Below, piece after piece: positions 39,315 through 52,538 of a stretch of 64,000 nucleotides of DNA (its first letter is position 1; each line of letters opens with the position of its first letter). The position numbers and the translations under genes are program-made. The stretch spans positions 237,274,001 through 237,338,000 of the forward strand of contig OZ024741.1 in NCBI GenBank assembly GCA_964016885.1, in the 5' to 3' direction. The stretch comes from Eledone cirrhosa. Taxonomy: Eukaryota. The notes below the pieces were generated by a model that was given only the letters and a program-made list of their open reading frames with translations, did no database searches and was not told the DNA's origin.

Positions 39315-39539
39315 GTATATATGTGTGGGATGTGGAAGGCAATAAATACTTTGACTTTCTCAGCGCATACAGTGCTGTCAACCAAGGTCACTGTCACCCA
39401 AAAATCATTGAAGCCCTCAAACAGCAGGCTGACATTTTAACACTGACCTCTCGTGCCTTCTACAACAACATACTTGGAAATTATGAAGAATACATGACAA
39501 AAACTTTCAAGTATGACAAGATACTACCAATGAACACAG
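39315..39539 (+). CDS. OAT: Ornithine aminotransferase, coding exon 2
   Basis: [28 protein letters not shown]...LPMNTG; AG/GT boundaries; 225 nt. Confidence 0.97.
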
Positions 39540-39779
39540 GTAAGTCAATGACCCTTTTTTTTTTTTATTATTACATGGTGGGCAGTGCCCTAGCATGGCC
39601 AATACTCTGTAGTATGAGATTGATTTCTCAACTACATTTACCAGCGCATCACTTAGATTTTTTTTATGGGAGGGGGATAAAGGGTCCTTGAATGTTTTCA
39701 GGGTCTCTGAGACTGGTGGGAGGAAGTTATTCTCAAACTTGTCCTAAAACCTGTTGGAGCTGGTTATAGTAGTCATCCT

Positions 39780-40440
39780 TGACAGTGTCTATTATGTCTG
39801 TAGGGGCATAGGCAACGATAAGTCATCTTCCTGTACAGGTGGAGAAAACAGGCAAACAGCAAATGGTTGTTCACCAGGTTCCAGCTGATGATAGACTTGC
39901 AGACGTGCTTGAACATGGCTAGTGCCTGCAGCAGAGGCCACTCCAGATGAGACAGTGGTCTCTTGCGATGAATTTGTTGCTGCCAAGCCAACATGCCTCG
40001 CAGACTCCTGTGAGTGTGATGTGGTGGGGTGGCTGCCCAGGGAAAACAAGTGACAGGATATTCCACGTGGCAACAAAGAATTTTGTAGCCGAAGTCAATT
40101 TTTTTTTGTTGGTGGGGGCATGCAGGAGTCTATTCCAATGTTGGGCAGTTTGGTTTCTTCTGGTCAGTTTCGTAACGGGTTGAGGGTTCTTGATGGGCTG
40201 TTGGCCCTCTGTAAACACATGCATCACTGGACTTGATACAGTCTGAATGGCTACACCTGGAAGGCGATCGACCACATCACCATCTCCCGCTGCTGGAGGC
40301 CATTTGTCACCAACTGTCGGTTCTATAGAAGAGCTCAACTCAGCCAAACTGGCCATCAATTGCTAGTTGTGACACTGAGATTGTGGGCAGACTCTCCCAC
40401 CAAGTACCACCCATACTTTGATTCATCCTGTCTCCATGAT
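39780..40440. mobile_element. Decayed LINE AP-endonuclease region with internal inversion
   Basis: Minus strand: FVATWNILSL...EACWLGS...LIWSG...YAPT. Plus strand: IDHITISRCWR...NCRFYRRA...HQLLVVTL. Confidence 0.65.
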
Positions 40441-40950
40441 CCCAAAAGGCTTCTACATCATCAACATTATTGTTCTGCTATTGTGATGGTTACATAATGT
40501 TTTGATATCAGCAGACCTTATGAATATATTTATATTACAACTACACTATATACAAATGGTCTTCATACTATGAATATATTCAGATTACAACTACACTTCA
40601 TACAAATGAACTTAATACTATGAATCTATAATATTCATATAATGTTATGAAAACAATATATTTATTATGATGTGTTCTTTATTTCTAGTGAACTACAATA
40701 TTCACAGAATCTGTTGGTAAGGATTGTGTTGGAACTGGTTAATAGCAGAATGTGATGGATGTAATGTTATGGGCAATGGTGTCTGTAGTTGGTAGTTGAA
40801 TGCAATAGTAACAGTTGTGCTGGATCTGGTTGACAATAGAATGTAGATAAACTAATTTGTAATAGACTTGATTAGCAGAGTGTAATAAATTGTTAGAAAA
40901 TTAAAAAAAACATGTCTTTATATATTTCTCATATTTCATGTTTGTTGTAG

Positions 40951-41174
40951 GTGTTGAAGGTGGTGAAACTGCTTGTAAGCTGGCTCGTAAATGGGGGTAC
41001 AAGGTGAAAAAGATACCTGCAAACAAGGCAAAAATTGTGTTTGTTGAAGGTAACTTTTGGGGCCGTACTCTAGCTGCTATCTCTTCTTCAACTGACCCCA
41101 GCAGCTACGATGGCTTTGGGCCTTATATGCCAGGCTTCTCTATTGCACCCTATGATGATTTAGCTGCCCTTGAG
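40951..41174 (+). CDS. OAT: Ornithine aminotransferase, coding exon 3
   Basis: [16 protein letters not shown]...[16 protein letters not shown]...DLAALE; 224 nt. Confidence 0.97.
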
Positions 41175-41770
41175 GTAAACTTCTCACCAATCCTATTTAT
41201 TGATTTTTATGTTTGTGGTTATCAACTGATTTTTTTTTTTTTGTTGTTGTTACTGTTTAGTCAGAAAGGGAAGAAAAGCACTGCTTGTAACCCCTTTTCA
41301 GGGCCTCTGAGGCTGGTAGAAGGAGGGTATCCTCAAACCAGAGACTAACTTGGTCCAAATCCTTGCAACAGTGAGTCTTTCATTAAAGGCACCCAAGAGT
41401 CATGTAGTGGTGTTCAACAAAGCAACAAATTAAGTCTAGCAACTATAGTAGGCAACAGTGAAGTCTGAATTCAGAATTCAAAGAACTAGAGCAAATACAT
41501 GATATCACGTCTGATACTTTAATAATTCTACCATTTGTTATTGGTGTCACTGAGAGTTTTTTTTTGTTTTGTTTTTGTAAATATTCCTTTTTTTATGACA
41601 ATGCAATCACTGGCCCACTGATCTCTACTAATCTGTTCACTTGTTAGTTTTCCTAATCTCTTCAGTCACTAGTCCCTACTTAATCCATTTACTTGAGTTC
41701 TGTAATTAATCCTCCTTGTGGCCCCTAATCTCCACACCACATACAACACTACACTACACAACTAGATATA

Positions 41771-41953
41771 CAGTAAAATTCCATTATAACGAAATTCACA
41801 AGGAATAAAAAAAATGTGTTGTAAGGAAAAATTCTTTATAACAAGATTGATCGAAACAAATCGAACATTTGTTTGTTACCTCAGGGATTAAAAAAAAATT
41901 GTTATACTGAAAAATTTATTATAATGGTATTCGTTATAACAGAATTTTACCTG
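41771..41953. mobile_element. Tc1/mariner (pogo/Tigger-like) MITE
   Basis: TA-CAGTAAAATTCCATTATAACGAA...TTCGTTATAACAGAATTTTACCTG-TA. Confidence 0.75.
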
Positions 41954-42006
41954 TATTGTCTAAATTCTATAAACATCTTTCTAATTCAGCCCTTTGCTAT
42001 TTCCAG

Positions 42007-42179
42007 GAGCATATAAAAGACCCCAATACTTGTGCCTTTATGATGGAGCCTATTCAAGGTGAAGCTGGTGTAGTTGTACCCCATGAAGGCTATCTGAAGG
42101 GTGTCCGACAATTATGTGATAAGTACAATGTGTTATGGATTGCTGATGAAGTACAGACAGGAATAGGAAGAACTGGCAA
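42007..42179 (+). CDS. OAT: Ornithine aminotransferase, coding exon 4
   Basis: [12 protein letters not shown]...[14 protein letters not shown] (class-III aminotransferase signature); 173 nt. Confidence 0.97.
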
Positions 42180-42450
42180 GTATGTAGCCTAATATTGTAA
42201 ATTATAATATTAAATCTACATTTATTTCATACTAGCTGGCCTGTCCTGCTGGCGCCTGGCTAGGTATACCTGCCTCCACCACTCCACTGCAAAGATACCA
42301 CACACGCTCACGTGTCACATTGTCCTTCCGACTCTCTCTCTCTCTCTCTCTGAGTAACTAACACTTTAATTGTATCTCTCTCTGCTTAATGGCCTATCTC
42401 TCTTTCCTCCTCCCTCTGTTTTTCTGGCTCTCTCTGTAGATGTGTGTGTG

Positions 42451-45400
42451 TCATCATCATCATCATCATCATCGTTTAACGTCCATCTTCCACGCTTGCA
42501 TTGGTTTGGACGGGAGTTTTCCCACTTGAGGCAAGATTGGTTGTCTCGCTCGCATAGGACTGTCTGGCGGGTTTTCTATGGCTGGATGCCCTTCCTAACA
42601 CCAACCACGTTTACAGTGTGGACTGGGAGGTTTTTACCGTGTTACCTACACGGCCACATTACAGAGTGGACTGTGTATTTTTTTTTTTGTCGTGACACCT
42701 ACACGACCTCATTTGTTTCGGACTGGATGTTGTGGTACCAACATAACTTTACATTGAAAGGGGTGGGGGTAGTTGGACGGGGGTGTATTTTGTTAGAGAT
42801 GCCTACTGACTGTAGTAGGTTTTACTTTGTATTTAGGTAAGGCAGGTCTTCTCTATTACTGTGTAGCGCCAAAGATCTCGGTCCAGTGACATTGTCTTGG
42901 AGAGGTGTAAGTGTGTGAGGTCGGAATTTATCAAGTCGTCCCAGGTTTTTCTGGGTCTGCCTACTCCGTGGCTACCGTCTATTTTTATTGCCCTGCACTT
43001 CTTTATACAGCTGTCGTCTTTCATGCGCATCACGTGACCATACTAACGTAGTCTTCTCTTGAGTAAACAACATCTGATCCCTCTTATTTCTAATTTTTCC
43101 CTTAGTTCGTTTATGCTTTGCCGTTCACGTATATTACTATTACACATCCAGCGGAGCATGCAAGCTTCGTTCCTCTCCAGTCTGCGTATATCCTCTGCAC
43201 ACAATACCCAGGTCTCACTGCCATGCAACATTGCTGTTCGTATGCAGGCATCATACAGCCTGCCTTTCATTTTTAGAGAGAACCCTTTAGTGGCTAATAG
43301 TGGTATAAGCTCTCTGAACTTTTTCCATCCCGTTCTGACTCTAGCTACTGTACTTTCAGAGCACCCTCCCCCACTGCTGATTTTGTCACCCAAGTAACGG
43401 AAGGTGTCCACTATTTCTATAGAACCATCTGTACAATGGAATGAGCTAGTATTCTGTGGGCACTTGCTGCTACTTATTGCACCAGAGCACCGGCCACATA
43501 TAAAATCTATGTTCTTAGTTAGCTTACCTGTGATCCCACTACATCTTTTATGCACCCATACTTTGCATTTGGGACATAAAATGGAGTTTCTACCTACTCC
43601 TTTCCTACACACTGAGCATGGCCATTTCCCGGATGGGACCGGTGTCCTATTTTCCTTCCTACAAACTAGAACTTTAGTCTCAGACAGGTTAATTTTAAGG
43701 CCTTTTGATTCTAGGCCATGCTTCCATGTTTGGAATTTCTTCTCTAGTTCGGCCATTGATTCAGCTATGAGCGTTAGATCATCTGCGTATAGGAGTTCCC
43801 ATGGGCAGCCGGTCTTGAACTCCACTGTTATAGCCTGAAGGACAATAATAAATAGTAGGGGGCTAAGAACGGAGCCCTGATGAACACCAACTTTTACACT
43901 AAACTCTTCACTATATTCGTTGTTAATTCTAACCTTGCTGACTGTTTCTTTATACATGGCTTGTATAGCTCTCACAAGCCATTCATCAACACCTAGTTTT
44001 CTAAGAGCCCACCAGATAATGGAACGGGGGACTCTGTCGAAGGCTTTCTCCAAGTCGACAAAAGCTAAGTATAGGGGTTTACTTTTAGCTAGGTACTTCT
44101 CCTGTAGTTGTCGTACAATGAAAAGAGCGTCTGTGGTACTTTTACCTGACACAAACCCGAACTGCATTTCATCTAGATCAATTCTCTCTCTGATTAGTTG
44201 CGCTATTACTTTTTCTGTGACCTTCATGACCTGGTCAATTAATTTAATGCCTCTATAGTTACTCCTATCTAGGGCATCTCCTTTACCCTTGTAGCAGTTA
44301 ATGATGATGCTGCTACGCCAGTCCTTCGGAACAACCCCATTCTGTATGACTTGGTTTACTATCCGGGTGACCATGGTGTGTCCCACCGTTCCAGAAGCTT
44401 TCAGCATTTCAGCAACTATTTCCGAAAGCCCAGCCGTCTTACCCGTCTTCATATCTTTGATTGCCTTACTTATTATACTACCTTCGACTAACACTGCTGG
44501 TCCCTCTATTGGATCGATGTGGGGGAGACTGTCTTTCTCCCATTTATTCTCCTCATTTAGTAGCCTTTCGTAGTGACACTTCCAAGCTACCTTCTTATCA
44601 GCGTCAGTGATGGCAAGTACACCATCATCATTAAGGACACACTTCTCCTCGACAATATCACGGTTTTCCTTGACACATTGCCTAGCAATCCTGAACACCT
44701 CACGTTTTTGGTCCTCGCTTGTAGAACATGCTTGAACTTTCTTTCCTCTGCTTCCCTTCTTGCGAAGTACACTTGTCTCCTAGCTTCGATAGTCTTCTCT
44801 CCTGGCCACTTGATAGTCTTCTCTACTTCCCCCATCCCGCCATACTTTCCAAGCCTGCTTTTTGGCCTTAATTGACTCCTCCACCTTACTGTTAACCACC
44901 ATGTTACTCTCCTTCTGCCTATGGGCCTGCTCCAGCCACAGACTTCGTCTGCCGCCATCAGCAGGTTTGCTTTCAGGAATTCCCACTGTTCCTCTATATT
45001 GTACGGCTCTAAATGCTCTTCCTTACTGTCGAAAGCATCAAGTAATATGCTTTTAAATTTATTTCTGGCTGTGGGGTCCTTTAGCTTCCATATTTTTCTC
45101 CTGAGGATAGTCCTCTTCTGTTGTCGAGTACATCTCGTCCTGACTATGAGGTCGCTAATTATCAGTCTATGTTGGGAAGTGCATTCTTCATGGGGGAGGG
45201 ATTTAGTGTTTACAACAGACACTCTGTCACATCTTCTGGTAAGGATATAATCTACCTGGCTGGTATGTTCCCCTGATCTGTAGGTGATCAAGTGATTGTC
45301 TCGTTTTTTGAAGTTAGTGTTACAGATAGTTAGGTTATTTGCGTCACAGAATTCCAGGATTCTGGAGCCTTCCTCATTTCTAGTACCAAACCCATAGCCT

Positions 45401-46718
45401 CCGTGGATTCCATCATAGCCGTCACAATGTTGTCCAATGTGACCATTTAGGTCGCCAGCAATAATTATATAGTCACTGTCGGTTATTTGGGAGGTAGTGA
45501 GCATCAGTGTCTCATAGAATCTTTTATAGCGCCAGGCAGTCCGGATTGGGGTGCGTACGCAGATATTACTGTCACAGTAGTTCTATTTAGAACAAGTCTT
45601 ATTTTGATTATTCTGTCATTCACTCTATTTACGTCTATTATCTTATCCACCCATTTTTCTGCTAACATGATTCCTACCCCACCCAGAAAAGCTTATAGCA
45701 TCGTTTTTTACCCACAATGAATCTAGCAGACCCGCCCTTCCACCTGGTCTCTTGGATACAGCAAACATCAACCTCCTTATGTTCAAGCATTTCTACAACC
45801 TCGTTAGAGTGGCCTTTTAAGGTGCCTACATTCATGGTACCAACTCTGAAGTTTTGGATTGCATTTGGTGGGTGGGGAGCAGTGAGGGGGATGGAGTTGG
45901 GGTTATGTTGGCCATCCGTGGCCAAAACAAAGAGGAGGAGTCCTTGCCCTTTCGTCCGGCAGCATGAGGTGAATTTGTCATTATCTTTGAGTGTCCAGAT
46001 TCTTCAGACTCTCCAGAAATTCCTTAGTTCATCCATCATATCGAAAAGCAACCAGGAGAAGTGATAGCATAGGCCGTTGACTTATGATTGGTCCAAATAA
46101 TAATGGTAGAGAGTGGGGGCGGGCGGAAGGGGTATGGGGTAGTTAGCGAGGAGATTATTTAGAACAAGCGAGAAGATTATTTTGAACAAGCGAGGAGAAG
46201 ATTATTTAGAACAGTCAGACAGAATTATAGAATAGCAATTAAGTAAGATTTGGATTCTGGGCAATTATACAGATATATGGATGAATGAACCAAAGCGTGG
46301 GGAGGCAAGAAGAAAATGGTATTTTTACATTACATTTCGTAGAAGTGGACTGACCATTAATAAGAGTTGACAAATTCTGAGATTCGTACCTCATAACGGG
46401 TTTATTTATATTTGGTGCGAGTAGGGAGTGAGCGAGAGAGAGGGACCAACAGCCACGTATATGATAGCGATTTAGAGGGCCGAGAGAAGCCATTTTTATG
46501 AATCCTGGAAAAATTTTCGGCCAAAATGGTATTGAGCGAGAAGGTTTTAAATAGAGGAATAAACAGCAATAATAGAGCAATAAACAGCGAGGAGAAGATT
46601 ATTTAGAACAGTCAGACAGAATTATAGAATAGCAATTAAGAAGTAGGATTTGGATTCTGGGCGATTATACAGATATATGGATGAATGAACCGAAGGGTGG
46701 GGAGGCAAGAAGAAAATG
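42451..46718 (-). mobile_element. Near full-length RTE LINE (AP endonuclease + RT), antisense in an OAT intron, several frameshifts/stops
   Basis: EN: GTMNVGTL, IQETRW, AGDLNGH, QVDYIL. RT: NYRGI, MQFGF, DLEKAFD, QGSVLSP, YADD. (GAT)n tail at 42451-42472; repeated 5' UTR. Confidence 0.95.
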
Positions 46719-47299
46719 TGTAGTTTTCCTAATCTTTCTCTCTCTCTCTCTGTATATATTGAAGGGAGATACGGAAACTAAAACAGTGTTGTCATATAGA
46801 GAGTGAAGAGCGACAGAGTAAAGCAGTTAAATTATAGAGAGGGGGAATGATCTTACATACATACATACATATAAAGTATAGATATGTGTGTGTTTTGTTT
46901 TGATGTTATCCGGCAATTGGCGAAATCAGGTGTGAAAGTATTTGTGTGTGTGTGTATGTGTGTTACTTATGCAAGCAATGACAGAAAAAGTGTGTGGGAT
47001 ACATACATTATTATATTTGTCTGTATTTTCGTTCTGCAACCATTATATTATGATATTTGTATCCAAATGATTTTAGATGTATGTATTACCTGCTTGCCCG
47101 TCCCTCTGTTTCTCTTTCCCTATCTCTCTCTCTTCTCTCTCTTTAGATGCGTGTAGTTTTCCTAATCTGTCTCTTTCACTCTCTCTAAGAGGGTTGCCTT
47201 TTGATGTATGTATTACCTGCTTGTGTGTTGACTGAATTTGAAGAAGGTTATCCTTTTGAAATAAACATACATACGACGCTCGTCTCTATGTTGATATAT

Positions 47300-47630
47300 G
47301 ATATAAATAATGGGATTCATGAGTTAATATCTGTATACAACAACTACAACGGTACACGATGGGGCCCACCCACAGCCTCGGCGGACAGAATGGAGAAGGC
47401 GTTTCCCCGGAGGACGGCAAGGGAGATGCGCTGGAAAAGCCACTCCAACTCGCGGGGCTCACACCTGCGGCTGACCAGCTCAGCACCTATGGTGGTGAGT
47501 AAGGAGGTAGCCCTGGGGCCGAGGACACCAGAAGTCTCCACTGCCAGGGGTACGACCGCAAACCTGTCGGAGAGCGACCGGTATTTGAGGAGTTTGGCCC
47601 CCTTAGCCCGACGTGCAGCAGAACCAGGGT
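47300..47630 (-). mobile_element. 3' end of a CRE-like non-LTR retrotransposon (restriction-like endonuclease C-terminus)
   Basis: KYRSLSDRFAVVPLAVETSGVLGP...LFQRISLAVLRGNA; ~13-bp TSD TAT(G/A)TTGATATAT at 47287 and 47632. Confidence 0.75.
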
Positions 47631-48329
47631 ATATATTGATATATTGAAGGTAGATACGGAAAGTAAAAGAGTGTTGTCATATAGAGAGTGAAGAGAGACA
47701 GAGAGTAAAGCAGTTAAATTATAGAGAGGGTGAAAGAGGGAGAGAGAGAGAAAGACGACGCTCAGCTTTATAATATTTGAGAGTGAAGAGTGACAGAGAG
47801 AGTAAAGCAATTAAATTATAGAGAGGGGAAATTATCTATTATAGAGAGAGGGAAGAGCGATGGAGAGAGTAAAGCTAAGAAACTATAGGGAGGTGTGTAG
47901 GATACATACATAATACATACACACGACACTCAGCTTTATAATATTATAGATTTGGTGTTGGTCAGGATGTGATGACATCTGTTGTGGTTGACAATACCAG
48001 ATATGAAGTTGTTTTTGAATTGATTTTAATAACTTAGTCAGAAGAAGGTGGTAGGGTAGTGTTCAGAACGTTTTTCAGGACCTCAATGATAGCTAAAGAG
48101 AGTTATATTTAGACAACACTTGCAACTAGTGGACTCTACCAAAAGCACATTAGCAGTGTTAACCCTTCCATGGCCATATTTCTAGTGAAATGCATTCAAT
48201 TTCAATTATTTGAAGAATTTTGAGGGATTTACTAAAATTATTTCATCACTAAGATAGTAGCTTAACATATGGTTCTTATAAAAATTATGTTGGAAGATCT
48301 AACCTCAGCTTCTGAAAGATGCATCTTGT

Positions 48330-49395
48330 GTACATTAGAAGATGCTGTTGTGACCAGGTTTAGGAGATCAGCAAAGTATTCTCTCCATCTCGTGAGGATG
48401 CACCTCTCTGAAGAGAAGAGAACTCCAAACTTGTTCTTGATAGCAGGTGTAGAAGAGGACTTATTACGAAGTCAGCGAATGGTCTGCCAAACCACTTTAT
48501 TTTCTGATCTAAAGTTGGATTCCAGCTTAACCCCAAAATCCTCCCATGTCTTAACTTTGGACATCTTTACTGTTTCTTCTACAACTTTTCACATCTTGTA
48601 CCACAAGGGCAAAATGGGGGACTTAAAGAGCTCAAATATGGCATGACCACTGGAGAGGATGAAATTTAACCCAAGTTGTTAAAAGCTTTAAATAGAGAAG
48701 GTATTCTCTGCTGATTTCTGTGTGCCAGGTGGCCTGGATCTCTGGAAAGGCACCTAAGCAATGGCAATCAGGAGTGATAATCCCAATTTTCAAAAAAGGA
48801 GACAAGAGAGATTGCTCTAATTATAGAGGGATTTTGTAAAGCCTCTCCATTAAAGTCTATGCTAAGTGTCTGACAAAAAAAATGTAAGGGGATTGTCAAG
48901 TCCAAGTTAACTGATGAACAGCGTGATTTTTCACCAGACGCAGCACAGTTGAACAAATATTCACACTCAGATAGATGGTGCTAAATTGAAATCATTCATT
49001 GTGGGAGTCGGCCTCTACCAAGGGTGCATACTGTCACCTCTCTTGTTCATAATCTCATGAACCGGATTGATATATTCAGCTGGGTTGGCAGTGGTATCAC
49101 AATTGGCAGGTGTAGGATCAATTGGTTGGAATTTGCAGATGACATGGTATTACTTAACTCATCAAAAGGGGATCTCTGACATGCACTTGATAGGTTTGAT
49201 GTTGAGTGCTGCATGGCTGGAATGAAAATCAGTGCCGCAAAGTCTGAGACATTCGTTTTCGTAAGGAAGCCTGCGCATTGTACTCTATCCTGAAGTAGGT
49301 GGAGAAATTCAAGTATCTTGAGTTCACAAGTGATGGAAGGCAAGAGGCTGAATTAAGTGCAAGAATTTCGGGAACTGGTGCAGTAATTTCAGTAT
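48330..49395. mobile_element. Decayed RTE-clade LINE with 5' inversion
   Basis: Minus 48330-48620: ILTRWREYFADLLN. Plus 48650-49395: LLKALNREG, DCSNYRG, QGCILSPLLF, EFADD. Confidence 0.7.
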
Positions 49396-49516
49396 CAATT
49401 AACTGGTCATATTGGATCATTTGTTGATACTCAGCTAATCTAACCAGCTGCTCCTTAGCCTAACTGAATATAAAATATATGAAGACACTAATAAATACCC
49501 ATTGTGATTATTTTAG

Positions 49517-49595
49517 GATGTTGGCTGTTGATCATGAGAATGTGCGACCTGACATTGTCATCTTAGGCAAGGCTTTGTCTGGTGGTGTTTTACCT
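49517..49595 (+). CDS. OAT: Ornithine aminotransferase, coding exon 5 (PLP-binding Lys, codon 49569-49571)
   Basis: [26 protein letters not shown]; TTTTAG|G ... CCT|GTAAGT; 79 nt, absent from the ORF track. Confidence 0.96.
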
Positions 49596-49656
49596 GTAAG
49601 TATAAATCTTTAATATATATTCATATAAAATGTGTGTGATATAAACACTATGCATG

Positions 49657-49708
<52 letters not shown>

Positions 49709-50439
49709 TTGTTTGTGTGTACATATGTATCAGATTCTTTGCATAAAGAGTGTAATTAATATTTGTAGTAGAATATATATGTTTATTAAAGTAGGAAAAC
49801 TTGCTAAACAATTTAAACGGAAGAGTTTTCAGTCATATTAAAGATCTGACAATCTACCTAGTGTTGGTGGTCTACACGATAAACACCCAGTACACGCTGT
49901 AAAGTGGTTAGTGAGAGGAAGGACATCCAGCCATAGAAAACCTGCCAAACAAACAGTTGAGAGGACTCTTAAGCTGTGTCAAATATATGACAACCTCCTT
50001 AGTGCTGGTGGCATGATAAAATGCACTCAGTAAAGCATGGGAATGTATGTGAAATGCTGGCCCTGAGCCCATCTGAGAGGTCAGTAGTTCCGCTTGAGTA
50101 CTGACTCAGTTTGTGACAACCTGACCAACCCCTGCTAGCAGGGAAAAATAGACGTTTGATGATGATGATAGGACTTAATATAATACCAGTTTAACTATTA
50201 TGGTTGGATGGGTCTTTTCTAGCACAGGTTCCTTCCACTTATGGCATTCTTTTATCATCTCTTCTGTGAGGTTCAGTATTTTGAGATCTGTTCTCACCAC
50301 TTCTGTCTAGGTTTTCCTCTACTGCAGGTTCCCTCCACTTGGAACTCCTGGAAATTCTTCATCACACAAACTTCTTAACCATTCAATCACACCTGTGTAC
50401 ATGCTACAAGTGTTACATCATAACAACAATATTCTCTCA

Positions 50440-50585
50440 CTACTACTATTACTACTACCACCACCACTATTACTACTACTACAATTGCTGTTACTACTAT
50501 TACCACTACTACAACTGCTGTTACTACTAGTACTACTGCTGCTGTTACTATTACTACCACCACAACTGCTATTACTACTACTATT
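50440..50585. repeat. (CTA/CCA/CTG)n trinucleotide microsatellite just upstream of an exon acceptor
   Basis: Visible directly. Confidence 0.9.
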
Positions 50586-50606
50586 GTGTTTTATTCTATT
50601 CTACAG

Positions 50607-50859
50607 GTGTCTGCTATTTTGGCTGATGATGATGTGATGTTAACTATCCAACCTGGAGAACATGGCTCCACATTTGGTGGCAATCCTCTGGCATGCCAGG
50701 TTGCCATAGCAGCAATGGATGTGATTAAAGATGAAATGTTGATTGAGAAATCTGAGAAACTTGGTCAAATCTTACGTGCTGAGCTGTCCAAACTTCCTTC
50801 CTCTATTGTTAAGATTGTACGAGGAAAAGGTTTACTCAACGCTATTGTTATTGATTCTA
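50607..50859 (+). CDS. OAT: Ornithine aminotransferase, coding exon 6
   Basis: [30 protein letters not shown]...[13 protein letters not shown]; 253 nt. Confidence 0.97.
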
Positions 50860-52404
50860 GTAAGTATTCTCATCAGGAGGCAGCCAATTGGTAGAGTCAT
50901 TAATACATTAGATAGAATGTTTTGCAGTATTTGTTTCAGCTCTCAGTGCTCGGTGTTTAAATCCCACCTATGTCAACTTTGCCTTTCATCTTTTCGAGGT
51001 CGATAAAAAAAAAAGTACCAGTCTGGGTTAAAAGTACCCAACACTCACCGTTTGTCAGGACAGCACTTCTAAGATTTCACCTGGAGTTATGGGTCCATTC
51101 ATGCAATCTAATAACTACCTATTAGTACCTTAGATTTCGTGTTTTGTATCTACTTTTGTAAAGGTAGTGGATTGGTAGAGTTGTTAGAGCATTGGACAAA
51201 TTTATTTATGTTCTGAGTTCAAATCCTGCTATGGGCAACTTTACATTTTATTCTTCTGTGGTCAATAAAAATAAAGTACCAGTTAAATACTGAGGTTGAT
51301 ATAATCGACTTTCCTCTCCCCACTAAATTACTGGCCTTGAGCCTAAATTAGAAAATTAGCACACCAAGATATTAAGACAACCCCCAAACTAGACACCTGA
51401 TCCTTATGCTTACAACATAGTAGAGTCTACTAAAGACACACAAGTTCCAACTGACATTGGTGTTAGACTTGGGAGATGAGTTAGATTTATCATCCACATG
51501 AATCTGAGTTGTCTTTTTTTTTTTCCTCTACCATTAGTAACAGAAGGGTTGCCAAAGGTTGCTGAGTACTGCATTCCAGGTTCAATTACATTCCGTGACA
51601 CCTTGGGAAAGAATCTTCTACTATGACCTTGTGTTGATAAATACCTTTGAGTGAAATTTGAAAGAGAGAAATGGCATGGAAGTGTGCTGTGTGTGTTATA
51701 TATGATGTATACGTCTAGTTTTTAACATATGCACAAGACCAGCAATTTTAGGGTGAGGAGTAAGTCGATTAAATCAATCTCGGTGCTTTACTAGTACTTT
51801 ATTTTTATTGACTCTGAAAGGATGAAAGTAAAGAGCTGTATCTAAATGTTACAAAGCATTGTCCAACGTTCTAACCCTTGTGTGTGTGTATGTATATTGG
51901 TGTGAATTCATTGTAGTACTTACATCGTTGGGGGAGGTAACTCTAAGAGCCATAACTTGAGGTAATACTCCCACCATTCTCTAGAAAACTACTCCAGACC
52001 CCAGGTTCCTTGTTTGGTAAGAACTCCTTTTCTTAAACCAGTTTTTAGTGACCTTTTGCAGTATGTCATTTATCTACTCTTATCTATGTCATAAAACAAA
52101 ATAGACAATACAAAGCTTTTCTCCTTTAAACAACACCAACAGAGCTTCTCTGATCACTTGACTTGCTAGAAAGAACAGCCAAATTTCCGTCAAACCACAC
52201 TCTATCAATTTATAATAAAAATGATGCACGGAAATATAATATAATTTACAAATATTATTAGTATATACAGAGACAGGATGATTATAACTGGAACGTTTTA
52301 TAGGTGTGCTCAAATAGGTTTAACTCAGGGTTAAAAAACTACAACATACGACAGAACAGGAGCATAACTCGGTTTCCATTTTTTTTTCTATGAAAGAAGC
52401 TATT

Positions 52405-52538
52405 TCCCCTTGGGTTAGGTTGGTGGTAGGTGGTCAACAGGCACATTGATCCACAGGTAGGTCTATAAGGTTCCCCTTGGGTTAGGTTGGTGGTAGGTGG
52501 TCAACAGGCACATTGATCCACAGGTAGGTCTCTAAGGT
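52405..52538. repeat. 66-bp direct tandem duplication
   Basis: TTCCCCTTGGGTTAGGTTGGTGGTAGG...CAGGTAGGTCT(A/C)TAAGG occurs twice. Confidence 0.9.

Larger units (their letters stand above)
42231..47951 (+). mobile_element. Non-autonomous Helitron/Helentron-like host element carrying nested insertions
   Basis: Starts ACTAGCTGG, ends CAGCTTTATAATATTATAGAT, with internal microsatellite-rich repeats. A similar start occurs at 16212. Confidence 0.45.

Noticed and set aside
50339-50637. PolyY/polyL ORFs (also 60730-60930)
   Set aside because: Trinucleotide repeat, or antisense of the polyQ tract.
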